The notes under the pieces were generated by a model that worked only from the letters and a program-made list of their open reading frames with translations, ran no database searches and was not told the origin of the DNA. A program made the translations under genes and the position numbers. From assembly GCA_964522265.1 (NCBI GenBank), contig CAZFVS010000016.1:1-14161 (forward strand): a stretch of 14,161 nucleotides of DNA, read 5' to 3'. Of the stretch, positions 13,341 to 14,161 are shown in pieces. The stretch comes from an uncultured Gammaproteobacteria bacterium. GTDB taxonomy: Bacteria; Patescibacteriota; Microgenomatia; Daviesbacterales; UBA10151. Numbering within the stretch: the stretch's first letter is position 1; each line of letters begins with the position of its first letter.

Positions 13341-14161
13341 ATCTCCTATCCCTCCTCCACCTTTTGAATTTCTCCACTATCTTTGGCAGCAGCAGCCCTA
13401 ATGGCAACAATCCCAGTAAATTCTCAGGGATGGCCAGGGATGATATATCAACTACCAGCCAGGATGAGGCAACTTGGGCATTTTGGATCTCACTGTCATA
13501 CTCACTGTTTGATATCCTGGACTGGTAAAAGGTGGATTGGTCAGTAGTACCAAGTTGTCCTCCGCTGATATACAGGTAAGTGGTAGCACCAAGAGTGGCA
13601 GTAACAGCTGTGTGTTTGTTTAAAACAATGGGCAGTCCATTGGCAGAGTAGGAAAATGCTCCGACATTACCGGTTGATGCAGGGATGGTGAAGCGGTAGA
13701 TAGTCTGCTGGGTGTTGGCCAGGGTACAGGCACCGGCATCTGTACATCCGCCTATGGTATAAACATAAGAGGAGCCATTATGGTTGTAAAATGCTGTGGC
13801 ATGGGACTGCAGAAGTGTTGAAAGTTGAGTTTGGGAAGTGGTGGCAAAAGTGCCTACATCACCCTGGGTGGCACCAACAGTCCCGGTAACAGTGGCCCGG
13901 TAGAGGGTGGAGACAGAGACAGTACTATCGTTTAGTCCTCCCATCAGGTAGATATAGCTGGTTCCGGCAATTGTGGCAAAATTGGCACTCAGATTTTTTA
14001 GTTTTTGGGGAATCTGACCCTGGGAAGTGGTGGCAAAAGCCTGGACAACTGGGTCAGTGTTTAAGGCGCTTTTGTAGACATCTGGAAGAAAGTCTACACC
14101 ATCAGCTCCTCCTAAAAAATAAATATAGGATGAGGAACCAATAGCAGAATAAAGAGCTCCC
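13339..14161 (-). CDS. Kelch-like beta-propeller repeat surface protein (5'-partial, continues past the window end) with a PEP-CTERM-style C-terminal sorting tail
   Basis: I translated upstream of the listed Met (13944) in the same frame and found no stop up to 14160 (GALYSAIGSSSYIYFLGGADG...). The blades recur with the pattern Y-I/V/L-Y-x-x-GG: SYIYFLGG, SYIYLMGG, SYVYTIGG, TYLYISGG. Confidence 0.7.
   Translation of the reverse strand, partial: GALYSAIGSSSYIYFLGGADGVDFLPDVYKSALNTDPVVQAFATTSQGQIPQKLKNLSANFATIAGTSYIYLMGGLNDSTVSVSTLYRATVTGTVGATQGDVGTFATTSQTQLSTLLQSHATAFYNHNGSSYVYTIGGCTDAGACTLANTQQTIYRFTIPASTGNVGAFSYSANGLPIVLNKHTAVTATLGATTYLYISGGQLGTTDQSTFYQSRISNSEYDSEIQNAQVASSWLVVDISSLAIPENLLGLLPLGLLLPKIVEKFKRWRRDRR
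13342..13431 (-). other. Candidate C-terminal sorting signal: IPEN motif, hydrophobic segment, Arg/Lys cluster
   Basis: The last 30 aa are IPEN-LLGLLPLGLLLPKIV-EKFKRWRRDRR-stop. This is the tripartite layout of PEP-CTERM / PGF-CTERM-type signals, and it lies ~520 nt from the exosortase-family gene. Confidence 0.55.

Noticed and set aside
165-13528. All plus-strand ORFs in the track: 165-623, 620-889, 1398-1715, 3098-3316, 4293-4544, 5027-5266, 5527-5769, 5806-5994, 6740-6922, 7680-7865, 8788-9012, 9481-9900, 10450-10815, 10936-11361, 12974-13237 and 13325-13528.
   Set aside because: Each lies entirely or almost entirely antisense to a long minus-strand ORF with clear family motifs. Their translations are low-complexity or repeat-mirroring, with no recognisable domains. 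For example, 8788-9012 and 9481-9900 mirror the delta-60 repeats, and 10450-10815 contains the VIPAKAGIQ repeat translation. I treat them as shadow ORFs.

Overview
This is an AT-rich window; a 60-nt sample next to the GC island hand-counts at 35% GC. Every credible gene lies on the minus strand in one tightly packed array. Start/stop overlaps are 1, 4 and 14 nt, and I see no Shine-Dalgarno motif upstream of any start.

Genes in transcription order (high to low coordinates):
1. A 5'-partial Kelch-like repeat protein whose C-terminus looks like a PEP-CTERM-type sorting signal (IPEN, then a hydrophobic stretch, then RWRRDRR).
2. A four-helix-bundle gene (TIGR02436 / '23S rRNA IVS protein' family).
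3. A small exosortase/archaeosortase-family membrane protein.
4. A second, divergent four-helix-bundle gene.
5. A 631-aa polytopic membrane protein, possibly a GT-C-like glycosyltransferase.
6. A 773-aa secreted delta-60-repeat / PKD-like protein with its own promoter-like site.
7. Three tandem paralogous TMTC/PMT-like GT-C glycosyltransferases with C-terminal TPR arrays.
8. A carbamoyltransferase.

My best reading is a cell-surface protein sorting and glycan-modification locus. Its core is an exosortase-like enzyme paired with a non-canonical 'IPEN' C-terminal signal. The source is probably an uncultivated AT-rich bacterium such as a CPR/Patescibacteria-like lineage, but that taxonomy is inference only.

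A second unusual layer is that at least four unrelated short repeat or hairpin families sit in frame inside the membrane-protein genes:
- A 72% GC structured block.
- A 41-nt hairpin element with 13-bp arms that shows a compensatory change between copies.
- A 93-nt MITE-like element encoding 'IPAFAGMT'.
- A TGAAAAT-rich repeat.

Both four-helix-bundle genes are bracketed by short repeats, as if they were inserted cassettes. I found no rRNA, tRNA or CRISPR. All plus-strand ORFs look like antisense shadows.
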